A stretch of 64,000 nucleotides of DNA from an uncultured Candidatus Saccharibacteria bacterium. Lineage in GTDB: Bacteria; Patescibacteriota; Saccharimonadia; Saccharimonadales; UBA4665. Both the position numbers and the translations under genes were made by a program. Positions 20,186-30,497 of this stretch are shown here, in pieces (the first letter of the stretch is position 1; each line of letters starts with the position of its first letter). Location: contig CAWJJN010000003.1 in assembly GCA_963843205.1 (NCBI GenBank), positions 56,325 to 120,324 of the forward strand. Direction: 5' to 3'. Below the pieces are notes generated by a model. It had not been told where the DNA came from, did no database searches, and saw only the letters and a list, made by a program, of their open reading frames with translations.

Positions 20186-21057
20186 TGGATCGGCTCGTTC
20201 TGCACGACACCACAAAAGCGCAGCTGCGGCAATTTATCTCATCCCCGTCTCACGCGCTGCTGCTGGCCGGACCGGACGGCATTGGCAAGACAGCCATTGC
20301 CGAAGCGCTGATCGCCGCTCTGCTTGAGATAAACGCTGATAAACTACAGTCGCACCCTAACTTTTCAACCGTCCGGGCTTCGGCGGCCGGCAGTATATCC
20401 ATTGATGAAATCCGTAATCTGCAAAAATTTCTGCAGCTCAAAACAATCGGCAACCGCCCGCTGCGCCGGGCTGTGATTATCGAGCACGCCCAAGGCCTGA
20501 CAATAGAGGCCCAGAACGCCTTCTTAAAGCTCCTGGAGGAACCGCCAGCTGACACGATCATGATACTGACCGTAGATAGCCCGCGCTCACTATTGCCGAC
20601 AATAATATCGCGGACTCAAATGATAGCTGTCAGCATCCCGACCGAACAACAGCTGCAACCTCTACTAGAAAAGTCCGGGAAAGATCAAACTGCTTTGCGC
20701 CAGGCATATTTTTTGAGCGGCGGTCTGCCGGGGTTACTGAGCGCGCTAATCAGCGAGGAAACAACTCACCCCCTTCTGGAAAGCGTCTCCCAGGCCAAGG
20801 CAATATTGCAGAAAACGCCCTTCGAACGCCTAGCAATGGCCGACGGCCTTAGTAAACAGAAAGAATTGGCAATAGGCGTTGCCGCAGCACTAGAACGCAT
20901 CGCCGAAACCGGGCTGAGCCAGGCTGCAGCCAGGGCAGACAACAACAAAATCAGGCAGTGGCACAAAATTCGCAAGGCAGCCGTGCAGGCCCGCGAATCC
21001 TTGGAACAAAGTGTAAATGCCAAGTTAACCTTAACCAACTTGTTCTTGCATTTATAG
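20185..21057 (+). CDS. holB: DNA polymerase III delta-prime subunit-like AAA+ protein
   Basis: LLAGPDGIGKT, ISIDEIR, EAQNAFLKLLEEPP, LLPTIISR. Confidence 0.85.
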   Translation: MDRLVLHDTTKAQLRQFISSPSHALLLAGPDGIGKTAIAEALIAALLEINADKLQSHPNFSTVRASAAGSISIDEIRNLQKFLQLKTIGNRPLRRAVIIEHAQGLTIEAQNAFLKLLEEPPADTIMILTVDSPRSLLPTIISRTQMIAVSIPTEQQLQPLLEKSGKDQTALRQAYFLSGGLPGLLSALISEETTHPLLESVSQAKAILQKTPFERLAMADGLSKQKELAIGVAAALERIAETGLSQAAARADNNKIRQWHKIRKAAVQARESLEQSVNAKLTLTNLFLHL

Positions 21058-21085
21058 GTCAATCAGCTATGATTATAAGTAACGT

Positions 21086-21742
21086 ATGTTTGAGTTAGCT
21101 ATAGTAGGTTTCTTTGGAGTACTCGCTTTCCACAACACCAAAATTCACGGTGACGAGTTCTTGGGCGCCTCACGCAGAATCGGTGACAGGCTTGGTAAGC
21201 TATGGGATATCGCCCACCAAGGCATGCGCGAGAACCGCATGCTGCGCGCCGAGAAAGCTCTGCTGACTATCCTGAAGATCGACGAGCGCAACGCCGCAGC
21301 CTATAACCGTTTGGGTATATTATATGCAAAACAGAAAGAATACCGCGACGCCATTGACTGCTTCGAAATCGCCAGCAGCATAGAAGCCAGCCCTTCAAGC
21401 CTTCACAACTTGGGGCTGATTTATTATGAAACCGAAAACTACGCCAAGGCTGCTATCGCTTTCGAGCAAGCCTTGAAGCTCGAGGATAACCTAGCTGCCC
21501 GCCACGTGGCCTATGCCAAAGTCCAGGAAAAGCTAGGCAACGAAAGAATGGTCTTCCAATCGCTCGAAAGAGCAGTTGAGCTTGAGAACAACAAAGAGAC
21601 GCTATCCTTACTGCACAAGGCTTACGCCGACCGCGGCATGCAAGCAGAGGCGGACGAAATAGAGCAAAGGATTAAGAAGCTCATTGTGCCGTCAGGCAAG
21701 CCGAAACGGATGGTTCGCCCTGCGAAGCGAGTCGTTGTCTAA
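21086..21742 (+). CDS. TPR-repeat protein with N-terminal hydrophobic anchor
   Basis: AYNRLGILY, SLHNLGLIYY..NYAKAAIAFEQALKL. Confidence 0.85.
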   Translation: MFELAIVGFFGVLAFHNTKIHGDEFLGASRRIGDRLGKLWDIAHQGMRENRMLRAEKALLTILKIDERNAAAYNRLGILYAKQKEYRDAIDCFEIASSIEASPSSLHNLGLIYYETENYAKAAIAFEQALKLEDNLAARHVAYAKVQEKLGNERMVFQSLERAVELENNKETLSLLHKAYADRGMQAEADEIEQRIKKLIVPSGKPKRMVRPAKRVVV

Positions 21743-21775
21743 TAACCCTAAATTTGCTACAATTACATCTGATTT

Positions 21776-21851
21776 GCCGACATAGCTCAGTGGCCAGAGC
21801 GGCTGTTTTGTAAACAGCGGGTCGTGGGTTCGAATCCCTCTGTCGGCTCCA
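21776..21851 (+). tRNA. tRNA-Thr (TGT)
   Basis: GCCGACA acceptor, GCTGT-TTTGTAA-ACAGC anticodon arm, GTTCGAATC, CCA end. Confidence 0.97.
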
Positions 21852-21897
21852 TAATTATCTTTTCCAAAAACAGGATAATTGGTAAAATAACACTTAC

Positions 21898-21982
21898 GCA
21901 GGGATAGTGAAGCGGTCAAACACGGGTGACTGTAAATCATCTGGCTCAGCCTTCGGGGGTTCGAATCCCTCTCCCTGCACCA
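21898..21982 (+). tRNA. tRNA-Tyr (GTA)
   Basis: GCAGGGA acceptor, CTGTAAA loop, long variable arm, GTTCGAATC, CCA end. Confidence 0.97.
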
Positions 21983-21989
21983 TATAAAG

Positions 21990-22016
21990 GCACTCATCGA
22001 AAAGATGGGTGTTTTT
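21990..22016 (+). terminator. Terminator after tRNA-Tyr
   Basis: GCACTCATC-GAAAA-GATGGGTGT + TTTT. Confidence 0.75.
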
Positions 22017-22094
22017 ATATATTGAAGGATGTCTTAAGGGTTTAAGTAAAGAAGCAGACGTGTTTGTAAGAAATTCTGATATACTCTCTGCACA

Positions 22095-22497
22095 ATGAAA
22101 CGAAAGATAGAAGGCTCAATCATTATTCCGGCAGGCTTGGATGTCTGGGGGCACGAGCTCAGGACGGCGCAAGTCTTTGCTCGTAATGGATACGTCGTGC
22201 AATTCCTTATCGTAAACCAAGGCTATCGCACCAAAACAGCTGATGTGCTTATAAATGATGAGGCCTATGAGATTAAAGCGCCGAAGACAGATAAGCTATC
22301 TGCCGTGGAGCGCAACTTAAAACGAGCGGCCAAACAGTCAGCCAATATCATCATTGATTCACGGCGTATGAGCAAAATACATGATGCCACTATTCAGAAG
22401 TTTCTTGCTCAAAAGCTCAAGCAACAAAAAACAATAAAAAAGACTCCTATTCGTCAATCGGAAGGATCAAGTTATTGACATTAGCACCTTAATTTGA
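22095..22497 (+). CDS. Stand-alone CdiA-C tRNase-like PD-(D/E)XK nuclease (~133 aa; +1 frameshift in A-run near 22435)
   Basis: HELRTA, KTADVLIN..YEIKAP, VERNLKRAAKQSANIIIDSRR; corrected end IKRLLFVNRKDQVIDISTLI*. Confidence 0.7.
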
Positions 22498-22503
22498 TAT
22501 TAT
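22475..22503 (+). promoter_or_regulatory. Sigma70 promoter inside the nuclease 3' end
   Basis: TTGACA-17 nt-TATTAT. Confidence 0.8.
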
Positions 22504-22512
22504 CAAAATATT

Positions 22513-22559
22513 GAAGTCATGCACGGAGCAGTATGTTCCTACCGCAAGGCTTCTTTTTT
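22513..22559 (+). ncRNA. Candidate ~47-nt structured small RNA
   Basis: GAAG..CTTC closing stem, GGAGCA/TGTTCC hairpin, CC-GCAA-GG, U-tract; starts 9 nt after the -10 box. Confidence 0.5.
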
Positions 22560-22823
22560 ATCATCCAAGTACCAGCCCGTTACTTCTAAAGGACATTAAC
22601 GATGAAGGACGAACCCGACATTAACGAGTTTTTGGCAAAGCACTCCAAAGACGCTACACATTTTATCTCAGCACCAGAAACGCTTGAGCAGATCATCAAG
22701 GCCGGTTTGAAGCTGACTGCCTTCAGGTACTCGGTTGAGATGTCCAGCTCTTGGGCAATACCGTTAATTGCCACCATTTGCGCTCCAAATAGTTCAGGTA
22801 TGCGGCACCAAGTTTAAACAAAC

Positions 22824-22846
22824 AAGGCTCTTAGGGGCCTTATTTT
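22824..22846 (+). terminator. Terminator-like hairpin
   Basis: AAGGCTC-TTAG-GGGCCTT-ATTTT. Confidence 0.5.
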
Positions 22847-22920
22847 GATTCTTAAATAATCATGCAGCAAGAGCTATACTTATTATTGGATGAAAAAGCC
22901 TAGCACAGGTAGAGGCTGAC

Positions 22921-24196
22921 GTGTCAGGCTCGCAAGAAGCAGTTCCGCCAGAACCGTACGAGAGTAGTGTTGCCGATTTAGGCGCCTCGCTAGAAGACCT
23001 GGCATTGCAGCTGCCAATCGATCAAGGTGAAATGTCGCTAGCGGCCTTGCGCCGAGCGTCAGAGACTATTGATGCCGCCGCGTTAGGAGACGCAGCGGCC
23101 TTACGCAGGATTCAATCATACCTAGATAAGGCCGCTGCAAGACTTTATGCAGCCCAAGTGGCCGCAGGAGACGCACGTGGCGCGCTTGTGTCTTACCTTG
23201 GCATTATCGGGTACGACGCCTCTTCAACAACTGCGGCGACAACAGAATCCAACCCGACAGCTGCCTGTTCGCTCACAAGGAACTGTATGGACACCAAGGA
23301 GGCAGTCGTTGAAGAAAGAAGGGTCGGTGATGTTGACTTTAAGGTAGCGCTCAGTAAGCACAACCGCGGCAACATGCGGGCAATTGCCGGACTTTTGGAG
23401 GATTGCGATGTTGTTGCAATAGAAACTACCGGTTTATTCGAAGGAGACAGCGACCCCAGAAGAGAAGAGTTCTCTGCTAACGGAGATTATGTCGCACAAC
23501 CCCGACCCGGAAGCTATAAGAATATTCGAGGCGGCTTTTAGGAAGAATAGGCGCGCCGAGCCAGATACGCCGCTAGCCATCTTCCAGCATCTGTGTGGCA
23601 CTGGAAAGAGAGCGGCGATTATTGATATACCTCACGACCCGCCAGGCTGTCCGAGCTTTGAGTTAACGGCCGCGGCAGTTAGCGAATACTATGCCGCCGT
23701 TACCTGTGTCCGGCCAATCGGGGAGGTACGGCAAGCCCTATTGAACACTGCGTCAGCAATTTCAAGAGAGCAGCAGGCGAGAAACCCGCTTTTGGCAGAG
23801 CAAATGAGGCTGATAGCAGAAAGGGTCGGCACCTCCCGCGTCGGGGCTGTGCTAGGCGCACTGCACTATGGAGCGCTGGATGGCTTTGGGTCGTCCTCTG
23901 AAGCTAGCAAACAGGCCCTTACATCAAGAATAGACGGGTTCTTTGGCCCAAAGGCCCAGCTGTACCGGGATGTTGCCAGCGGCGTTACTCCGGACAATAC
24001 TACGCTCGACAGAATAATACTTAACGACTACCGCAAGGACTGGATCTGGAAGAACTTGTTTACAAAGAGCGTCGAGGACATGAGCGACGAAGAAGTCAGC
24101 GCTTTGCTGACAGAAATAGATACCTACAGGCCGCAACCCAAACCAATGCGAGGGCCGTTAAAGGGATTAAGACAATTCCTTAAAGATATGCTCTAG
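22921..24196 (+). CDS. Helical module + TraB/TIKI/EreA-like domain (one +1 frameshift near 23435)
   Basis: SVADLGASL..QLPID...VSYLGIIG; then KHN..CDVVAIE and VGAVLGALH; span 1276 = 3n+1 joins ORFs 22921 and 23489. Confidence 0.6.
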
Positions 24197-24383
24197 TAAA
24201 GCTACAATCAATGAGGTGTCCAAGTACTATTTGCCCGATATTCAAGGCGCGTCAGAGGGCGAAATTCAGTTCGCTAAAAATAATGGACAAATACATATAC
24301 TTTGCTTAAAGTAGAGTCAATAACATGCAGGACAAAATAAGCACGCAAGTTTTTGCACGCATTTACTGAAGGAACGGAACTAT

Positions 24384-24926
24384 ATGGCAGGCATAGAAGA
24401 AGTTGGAGCACAGTTAAGCGAGGCTATGGTGCACGCAGATAAAGGGCTCGGGATTGTCGAAGAAACCAGCGGGCAGCGCCGCGACATCCACACCGCACTA
24501 GGCGAGTTAGTAACTGCAGCCGAAGGCATTCTCAATGGTGCAGCGCTTGTCGAGACGATGTCAGGACAAGTTAGGGAGGGTCTAGGCCAGGGTATGCTTG
24601 AATATACGCAAGCAGCCGACCTCGTAGCGCAAGCTACCAATGGCTCCTCTAGCAGGGACGCCCGGTGGGCGGAAACCCGTTACAGGCAGGCCGGCGGTGA
24701 TGGCTCTGCATTAGAGAACCTTTCTATCAAATATCTGCTACTTAACGACGACCGCATGCCGGCCATACTGGAGGCTGCCGAGGAGCTAAAAAGGCTATTG
24801 AGTATTGCTTTTGACACAAGCCGCAGGGCCGAGCCACACGCCAGAGACGTGGCAGTACTAACCGAGCAAGGGCACGACCATGTGCGCATGTTTGCTCAGG
24901 AGTCGGGCATACCCCTATCTGAGTGA
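24384..24926 (+). CDS. Stand-alone long helical-module protein (180 aa)
   Basis: MAGIEEVGAQL...QATNGSSSRDA...MFAQESG; all-helical, Ala/Glu/Leu rich. Confidence 0.75.
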   Translation: MAGIEEVGAQLSEAMVHADKGLGIVEETSGQRRDIHTALGELVTAAEGILNGAALVETMSGQVREGLGQGMLEYTQAADLVAQATNGSSSRDARWAETRYRQAGGDGSALENLSIKYLLLNDDRMPAILEAAEELKRLLSIAFDTSRRAEPHARDVAVLTEQGHDHVRMFAQESGIPLSE

Positions 24927-25006
24927 GTCAAATAGCCGTCTAACATTTTAACCTTGGTTTAACAGAGGTTTTTTGGTATTATAAGCACTTGAAACAGCTT
25001 GTCATT

Positions 25007-25081
25007 GCCGTTGTAGCTCAGGGGTAGAGCACATCCATGGTAAGGATGGGGTCCGGGGTTCAAATCCCCGCAACGGCTCCA
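25007..25081 (+). tRNA. tRNA-Thr (GGT)
   Basis: GCCGTTG acceptor, CATCC-ATGGTAA-GGATG, GTTCAAATC, CCA end. Confidence 0.97.
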
Positions 25082-25147
25082 GAGCATTTACAAACTGTTT
25101 CATATCTGTTAAAATTATTGCAAAGACTTTACAAAAGGTAAAATTAT

Positions 25148-25355
25148 ATGGCAAAAAAAGGCGACAAGCGTAAACTGATCGGAACTCGTAAGCGAAGAGT
25201 CTGGTGAGCGTATTTATTACACAAGCAAGAATACTATGAACACGCCGGAGAAGCTGTCTTTGCGCAAGTACAGCCCCAAGCTCCGCAAACACGTTGTTTT
25301 CACGGAAACCAAGAAGAACCTCGGTCGTAACGAAGTTAAGCCTCGCAAGAAATAA
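25148..25355 (+). CDS. rpmG: 50S ribosomal protein L33 (zinc-free; +1 frameshift near 25183)
   Basis: Corrected [50 protein letters not shown]; span 208 = 3n+1. Confidence 0.93.
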
Positions 25356-25372
25356 TACAAACCAGCGTATCA

Positions 25373-25403
25373 AAAAAGCCGCCAAAGAGCGGCTTTTTCT
25401 TTT
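25373..25403 (+). terminator. Bidirectional terminator after rpmG
   Basis: AAAAAGCCGC-CAAAGA-GCGGCTTTTT. Confidence 0.85.
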
Positions 25404-25522
25404 GCCTAAATTTTACGCCTTTAACATTAGCTGGGCGCCTCTAGTTAGAAGCGATTGTTTCGTCGCCAACTGCGCTGGTGCCGAAGTTCGGCTTGCCGAT
25501 GCAGGTCGCCGTATGTGCATTA

Positions 25523-27197
25523 TTATTCGGAAGATCGGTAGAGATAGTCAGCGGACGGCTGCGCAGAGAACTCGCTCAGCGTAATACTGTAGGTCCTATA
25601 GAAGACCGGATCGGTATCAGCTTCAGGCTTAGTCACCTGCGGTACGGCTGCGGTAGCGATAAGCTCGGCAGTTGTTGCTGCCAGAGAACCATTATACGGT
25701 TGCGACATCTCTATGTAGAACTCACCCTTATCTGACGAAATTTCACGCATACCTTTCACGCGGCAGTTGAAGTTTGCAGGCAGAGAAGTGCTGACCGTGG
25801 CCTCAGCCCCGTTTTCCGGCTCATGCTTCGTGCCACCATCCTTACCGGTCAGGCCAGAAAGCGCAGCCCAAATAGCTACAAAGGCGAGGGTCGACACAGT
25901 TCCGCCACTAATGGACCAGCCACGAACGTTCGGATTGTGACGCGTGCGTCGGCTGACTGGCGGCGTCTGAGGCTGGGGCGCAGTAACCCGCCGCTGAGTT
26001 CTTGGGCCGTCGCTCGGTGGGCGTACGCTTTCTCGGTCGCCACGTATTGCCAGGGGCGGTTGCGCCTAGTCTGATAGTGCGTTGCCGATCGTGCGCGCCG
26101 ATGGTCGTGCCATCATCGAGTACAGTACCATCTGCCGCTACTTCTCTGAGCGTATGGATAGGCTCATCATCTGCCGAAGCGCTATCGTGGCGGCGGGTGC
26201 GCCCATCATGCAGAGGAGACGTCCTCCTGTCCCGATCCGCTGCTGCACGCAGGTCCATAACAACCCTATACCTACTTTCCCTGGCGACACCCCTCAGGTA
26301 AGCCTCCTTTAGCCTTTCGGCAAATTCTCCAGCTGTCTGAGGGCGCCGTTCAGGTCGAAAATCTACTGCCTGCGCTACGATAGGCTCCATTTCGGCCAGG
26401 ACATCGGTCATTTGTACATGCCTGCTGAACAGCTCGCGGCGCGTCGCCAGTAACCGCCTATAATAATTATCGCCGTGTTCGGTTACCTGTACACCTTCGA
26501 CTACATAAGGAAGGCTGCCGGTCAATGCGCGGGTGGCAACGCCTCCCAGTGAGTATACATCGCTTGGCACTGTAGCCCGGCCCGCGAATTGCTCCAGGGC
26601 AGTGTAGCCTCTCGTACCCGCCAGAAGTTGACGAGTGATAATATTCGTAGTGCGCAAACGGTGGGCAGTGGCTGCAATGCCAAAGTCGGTAAGGGCGCAA
26701 CGCCCGCCATCTTTCAGGTCCTGCCCGCCCAGGATAAGCACGTTAGGCGGTTTAACATCTCTGTGCAGCACGCCTTGGCTATGGGCGCAGTCTAACCCGG
26801 CAGCTATTTGATCTACAGCCGTTACTACGCTTTCGGGCGGCAGCGTGCCGCCATTGCTATTTATCAGATCGTGCAAGGAGCAACTGGCCTGAGGCATAAT
26901 CGAGAAAGGGTACCGCGCTGTTCCGTGAATGGTCTGATCTTCGACCACGCCGGAAGCAATGACAGGTACGATATTTGGATGCTTCAGTCTCTTCTGGATT
27001 GCAACTTCCTGGCCAAAGAGGCCGCCGCCTTCCAGATCTTCACCTAGCAATGCCTCCTTGGCGATTTTAATAGCCACTGCATTACCTGCGGTGTCTACGG
27101 CAGCGCGTACAATCGCAAACCCGCCAGCGCCAAGCTGATCCCCGATCTCGTAACCTGGAATTTGTACATTAAGCTCAAGGCTTTCAACGGCCATCAC
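25523..27197 (-). CDS. Hanks-type Ser/Thr protein kinase with linker, TM helix and extracellular domain (one +1 frameshift between 26070 and 25908)
   Basis: LGAGGFAIV, VAIK, HPNIV, LHRDVKPPNVL, LTDFGIA, SDVYSLG; the +1 frame continues into a Pro-rich linker and TVSTLAFVAIWAALSG. Confidence 0.8.
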
Positions 27198-27334
27198 TAA
27201 GAACCTCGAATAAATTATGTTTTATTTAGAACTTATTGCAGCTATTTAAACACTTTGTAGCTTTATAGTCAACAATATACTAGATACTTTATAGAAGGCA
27301 GTCCTGCCAAGCGGGGGTAAGGCGTAATGCAGAG

Positions 27335-29271
27335 TTACTCTATGTGAGCGATATCAAGGGCGGTATTAATAAATTCGGCGTGACTCCAAACCAAAGGCGT
27401 TACGCTAATGGCGTAGCCGGTATCCGGGTCAAACTGCTCGCTCATCATACCGCTTTGCAGCGCTCTGGCTGAGGCCCAGTTCAGCAGGTCTGTGGCTTGG
27501 TCCTTCTGGCCGGCAGTATTAAAGTATTGGGCCAACCATAGGGTACAGACTATCCAGGGGTTGCCTTGGTAATGTTGCTTGGCAAGGAAATAGTTATCTC
27601 CCGGGTAGCGGATTACGCCGCCGATCGGGCTGGTGCCGGAAAGCCGTTGTTTTACCGCTTCAAAAGTTCCGCTGACGCGCGGGTCGCTAAGCGGTAATTG
27701 AGCGAACATCAGCGGGCCGTAGAGGTTGGAGATATCCAGGGTGTCATCGTAGGACAAGCTGCCATTGTCTTGCAACAAAAAGCCTTTGCGGAAATATCCG
27801 TCAGGATGGTAGAGCGCCTGCAAACCCTCGCGCATTCGTTCGGCGGCCTTCTTCCAGCGCACGGCATCGTCCGGGTGCTTGGCGACCTTGGCGAGCTCGA
27901 CAGCGGTTTCCAGAGCGGCAATGACAACGCAAACCGTGTAGGTTGAGGTCAGGAACTTCTGCTCCCAAAGGTCATAACTGGCGTGCGGCAGGCCGGTTAC
28001 ATCGTCCACGTATCCGGTCATGAACGAAGCGCAGGGAGTGATGAAGTCCTCATAGAAATTTTCTACAAAGGTGCTGTCGCTGCTGGCACGGTAGTATTCG
28101 CCAATCATGAACACTACCAGCGCGGTTTCGTCCTCCTGGATAGCCAGCTCTTTGTGGCGGCCGTGCAGCAAGGGGTGCCAGGTGCTGCCAACGGCCCGGT
28201 CGGGCTGGAACTTGTGGGCCAAATATCCGTCGCGGTGCATGATGCTGCGCGCGAACTCAAAGAAATTGCGGGCTTCTTCGTATATGCCCAGTCTTATCAG
28301 GGGCCAAACCGCATAGGCGGCATCCCGCGGCCAGCAATAGCAATAATAATCGCGCCCAAAGTTAAAGATGCTGGAATCGCCGCTGGCCAGTATGGAGCCG
28401 CGGTCGTCGCAGTGCGCCTTAATGACCAGCAGGCTTTTTTGAGCCTCAATGCGCGTGGCATCCGGCAGCTGAGCCAATTTTTTCTTGGCAGGCTCAAGCC
28501 ACTTTTGCCAAGACTTCGCGGGCTTTTTTGATGCGGTCATCAATAGAATAATATTTGATGTGGGTGTGAATCACCTGGGCGTCCGACTGGCTGTCGGCAG
28601 CTATCACCCAGTAGTCCACGCGAAGTTTATTCTGCGGACCGACTAGCTTGCGAAAGCGCAGCACGCTGTCTACGCCGCCGTGCTCAACGGCGTTGCCGGA
28701 TAATTCGCCGTCTTCAGCGTCACGGAACGTTTCCGGCCTTGCCCTCAATCCCGTAATTGCCGACTGCAAACTGGTCAAAGTCACCGTTGTCCGGCTGCCT
28801 GCCGGCAATCAGCAAACAGCAGCGCCCCTTATAATCCAATATATAATTGTCGTCCGGAACGTAAAGGGAAGTATCGGCCCGGCCGGCGCGCGAGATCTGG
28901 AATACCTGGTGCATAAACAAACGGATATCACGGTCATGATCGACATCGTTGGTTATCTCAATTCTGCGTATCAGCGCGTTGTAGTCAGGGTCGACGAAAT
29001 CCCGGCACTGAAGAGTTACGTTCAGCTGTGAGGAGTGCATCTTGACGTCACTTATTAGGGCATCCTCTTCAAAGCTGATGGTCGTCTCCCACGAGCCGTC
29101 GCCGATCCAGCTAAAAACGCCGTCAACCCAAACGCCTATTTTGTGCTGAGAGTTACGAGCATTGGTCAGGTTGTCCAGGCCGACATATGGATAGTAAAAA
29201 TCGTGCACTAAACCGTTTTCGTCCAGGCCAACGAATAGCTGACCGTTACTAAGTACTACTGGTCTGCCCAT
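27335..29271 (-). CDS. GH15 glucoamylase/trehalase-like glycoside hydrolase (two +1 frameshifts near 28728 and 28527)
   Basis: MGRPVVLSNG, YCWPRDAAY, YDLWE, GGVIRYPGDNY, SEQFDP, PLVWSHAEF; span 1937 = 3n+2. Confidence 0.9.
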
Positions 29272-29288
29272 TTAGCGGTACCTCAGAT

Positions 29289-30497
29289 TCATAAGTTCAC
29301 ACCCTGCAGCGATAAGCGGTAGCGCAGATCGTGGTAGGCGTTCATGAAGGCAATAAATCCGTCATAGGGATTGCTGTAAGGGCTGAAGTAGGCATGAATG
29401 TCACCGTCGTTGAACCATTTGGTACACATGTAATAGAAGTGGTCGGAGGCCTGCAGCTTGCGCCAGTCTTCGATTAGCGAAAGATCACCGGTGCCCTTGA
29501 TGGCGTCTTCAAGCCCATACAATGAATTGATAGCCGTAGACTGCATACTGTTGCCCAGCCAGGCGCTGAGATCGCGCTCAGTGTCGGCCCAGGTCACTGT
29601 ATACGGCACGTCAACCTGATCTACCGGCTGGAAGGTGTCGATGGCCTCAGAAACGGTCATGAATGTATTGCCCGGCTTTTTGAGCCACTGGCTCGGCAAG
29701 TGCTCCAGGAAGTCGAAAATTCCGAACTCGTCCCATTGGTGCTCGCCGAATGTCTCGTAGTCCATAAACAGGTCAAAGTTTGTGGCATCGCCGCTTTCAT
29801 TGAGCCAGTGCGTGAATTTATCGGCGGTCAGAGGCCAGCCCGCCCAGTTATGATCGCCAAAGCGGAAGGCAATGTCATCGCTCAGCTTATAGTTCTTCAT
29901 CAGCAGCCGGATGTTTTCGGTATAAGCCGGGCGATAGACAAAGTTCGGGCTGCGCCAGCCTAATATCGGGTCCCAGCCTTCGGCCAGGATGCCTTTGTAG
30001 CCGGCCTTATCCGCCCAGTAAGCCAGGTCGTTATTGTAGGCCAGCTCGGTGTTGCGCAGAACCTTGGGCGTTTGCCCGAACAGTTCCTGGACCTTTTGGG
30101 TGTGCATCTTGATCTGCGCTTCAAATTCGTTCCTGGAATAGAAGAATGACAGGCTGTGATGGTATGTTTCGCCGACTATTTCGACGCGCCCGGTATCAAC
30201 CAGGTCTTTGAACGATTGAAGAGCATCAGGCGCCCAGGCCTGCATCTGGTCAAGGACCGTACCGGTAATACTTAAGGACAGCTTGAATTCCGGATGATCG
30301 TTCAATAGCTTCAGCAAGCGCCGGTTAGTCGGCCGGTACGACTTTTCGGCCACCTTGTGCATAACGCGTTCGTTGCTGGTCTGGGCGTCGTAAGGGGAGT
30401 CAAAATAATTATGGTCAACGCCTATGTCAAAGATGCTGTAGTGACGCACTCTGTACGGTTGGTGAACGTGCAAGTAAAGTACTATAGCTTTGGTCAT
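29289..30497 (-). CDS. GH57 glycoside hydrolase (alpha-amylase-like)
   Basis: LHVHQPYR, ETYHH, RNTEL, DYETFGEHQ, LQASDHFYYM. Confidence 0.95.
   Translation of the reverse strand: MTKAIVLYLHVHQPYRVRHYSIFDIGVDHNYFDSPYDAQTSNERVMHKVAEKSYRPTNRRLLKLLNDHPEFKLSLSITGTVLDQMQAWAPDALQSFKDLVDTGRVEIVGETYHHSLSFFYSRNEFEAQIKMHTQKVQELFGQTPKVLRNTELAYNNDLAYWADKAGYKGILAEGWDPILGWRSPNFVYRPAYTENIRLLMKNYKLSDDIAFRFGDHNWAGWPLTADKFTHWLNESGDATNFDLFMDYETFGEHQWDEFGIFDFLEHLPSQWLKKPGNTFMTVSEAIDTFQPVDQVDVPYTVTWADTERDLSAWLGNSMQSTAINSLYGLEDAIKGTGDLSLIEDWRKLQASDHFYYMCTKWFNDGDIHAYFSPYSNPYDGFIAFMNAYHDLRYRLSLQGVNL

Noticed and set aside
22602-22817. 71 aa ORF that may be a methyltransferase C-terminal fragment
   Set aside because: Too short and lacks diagnostic motifs; not called
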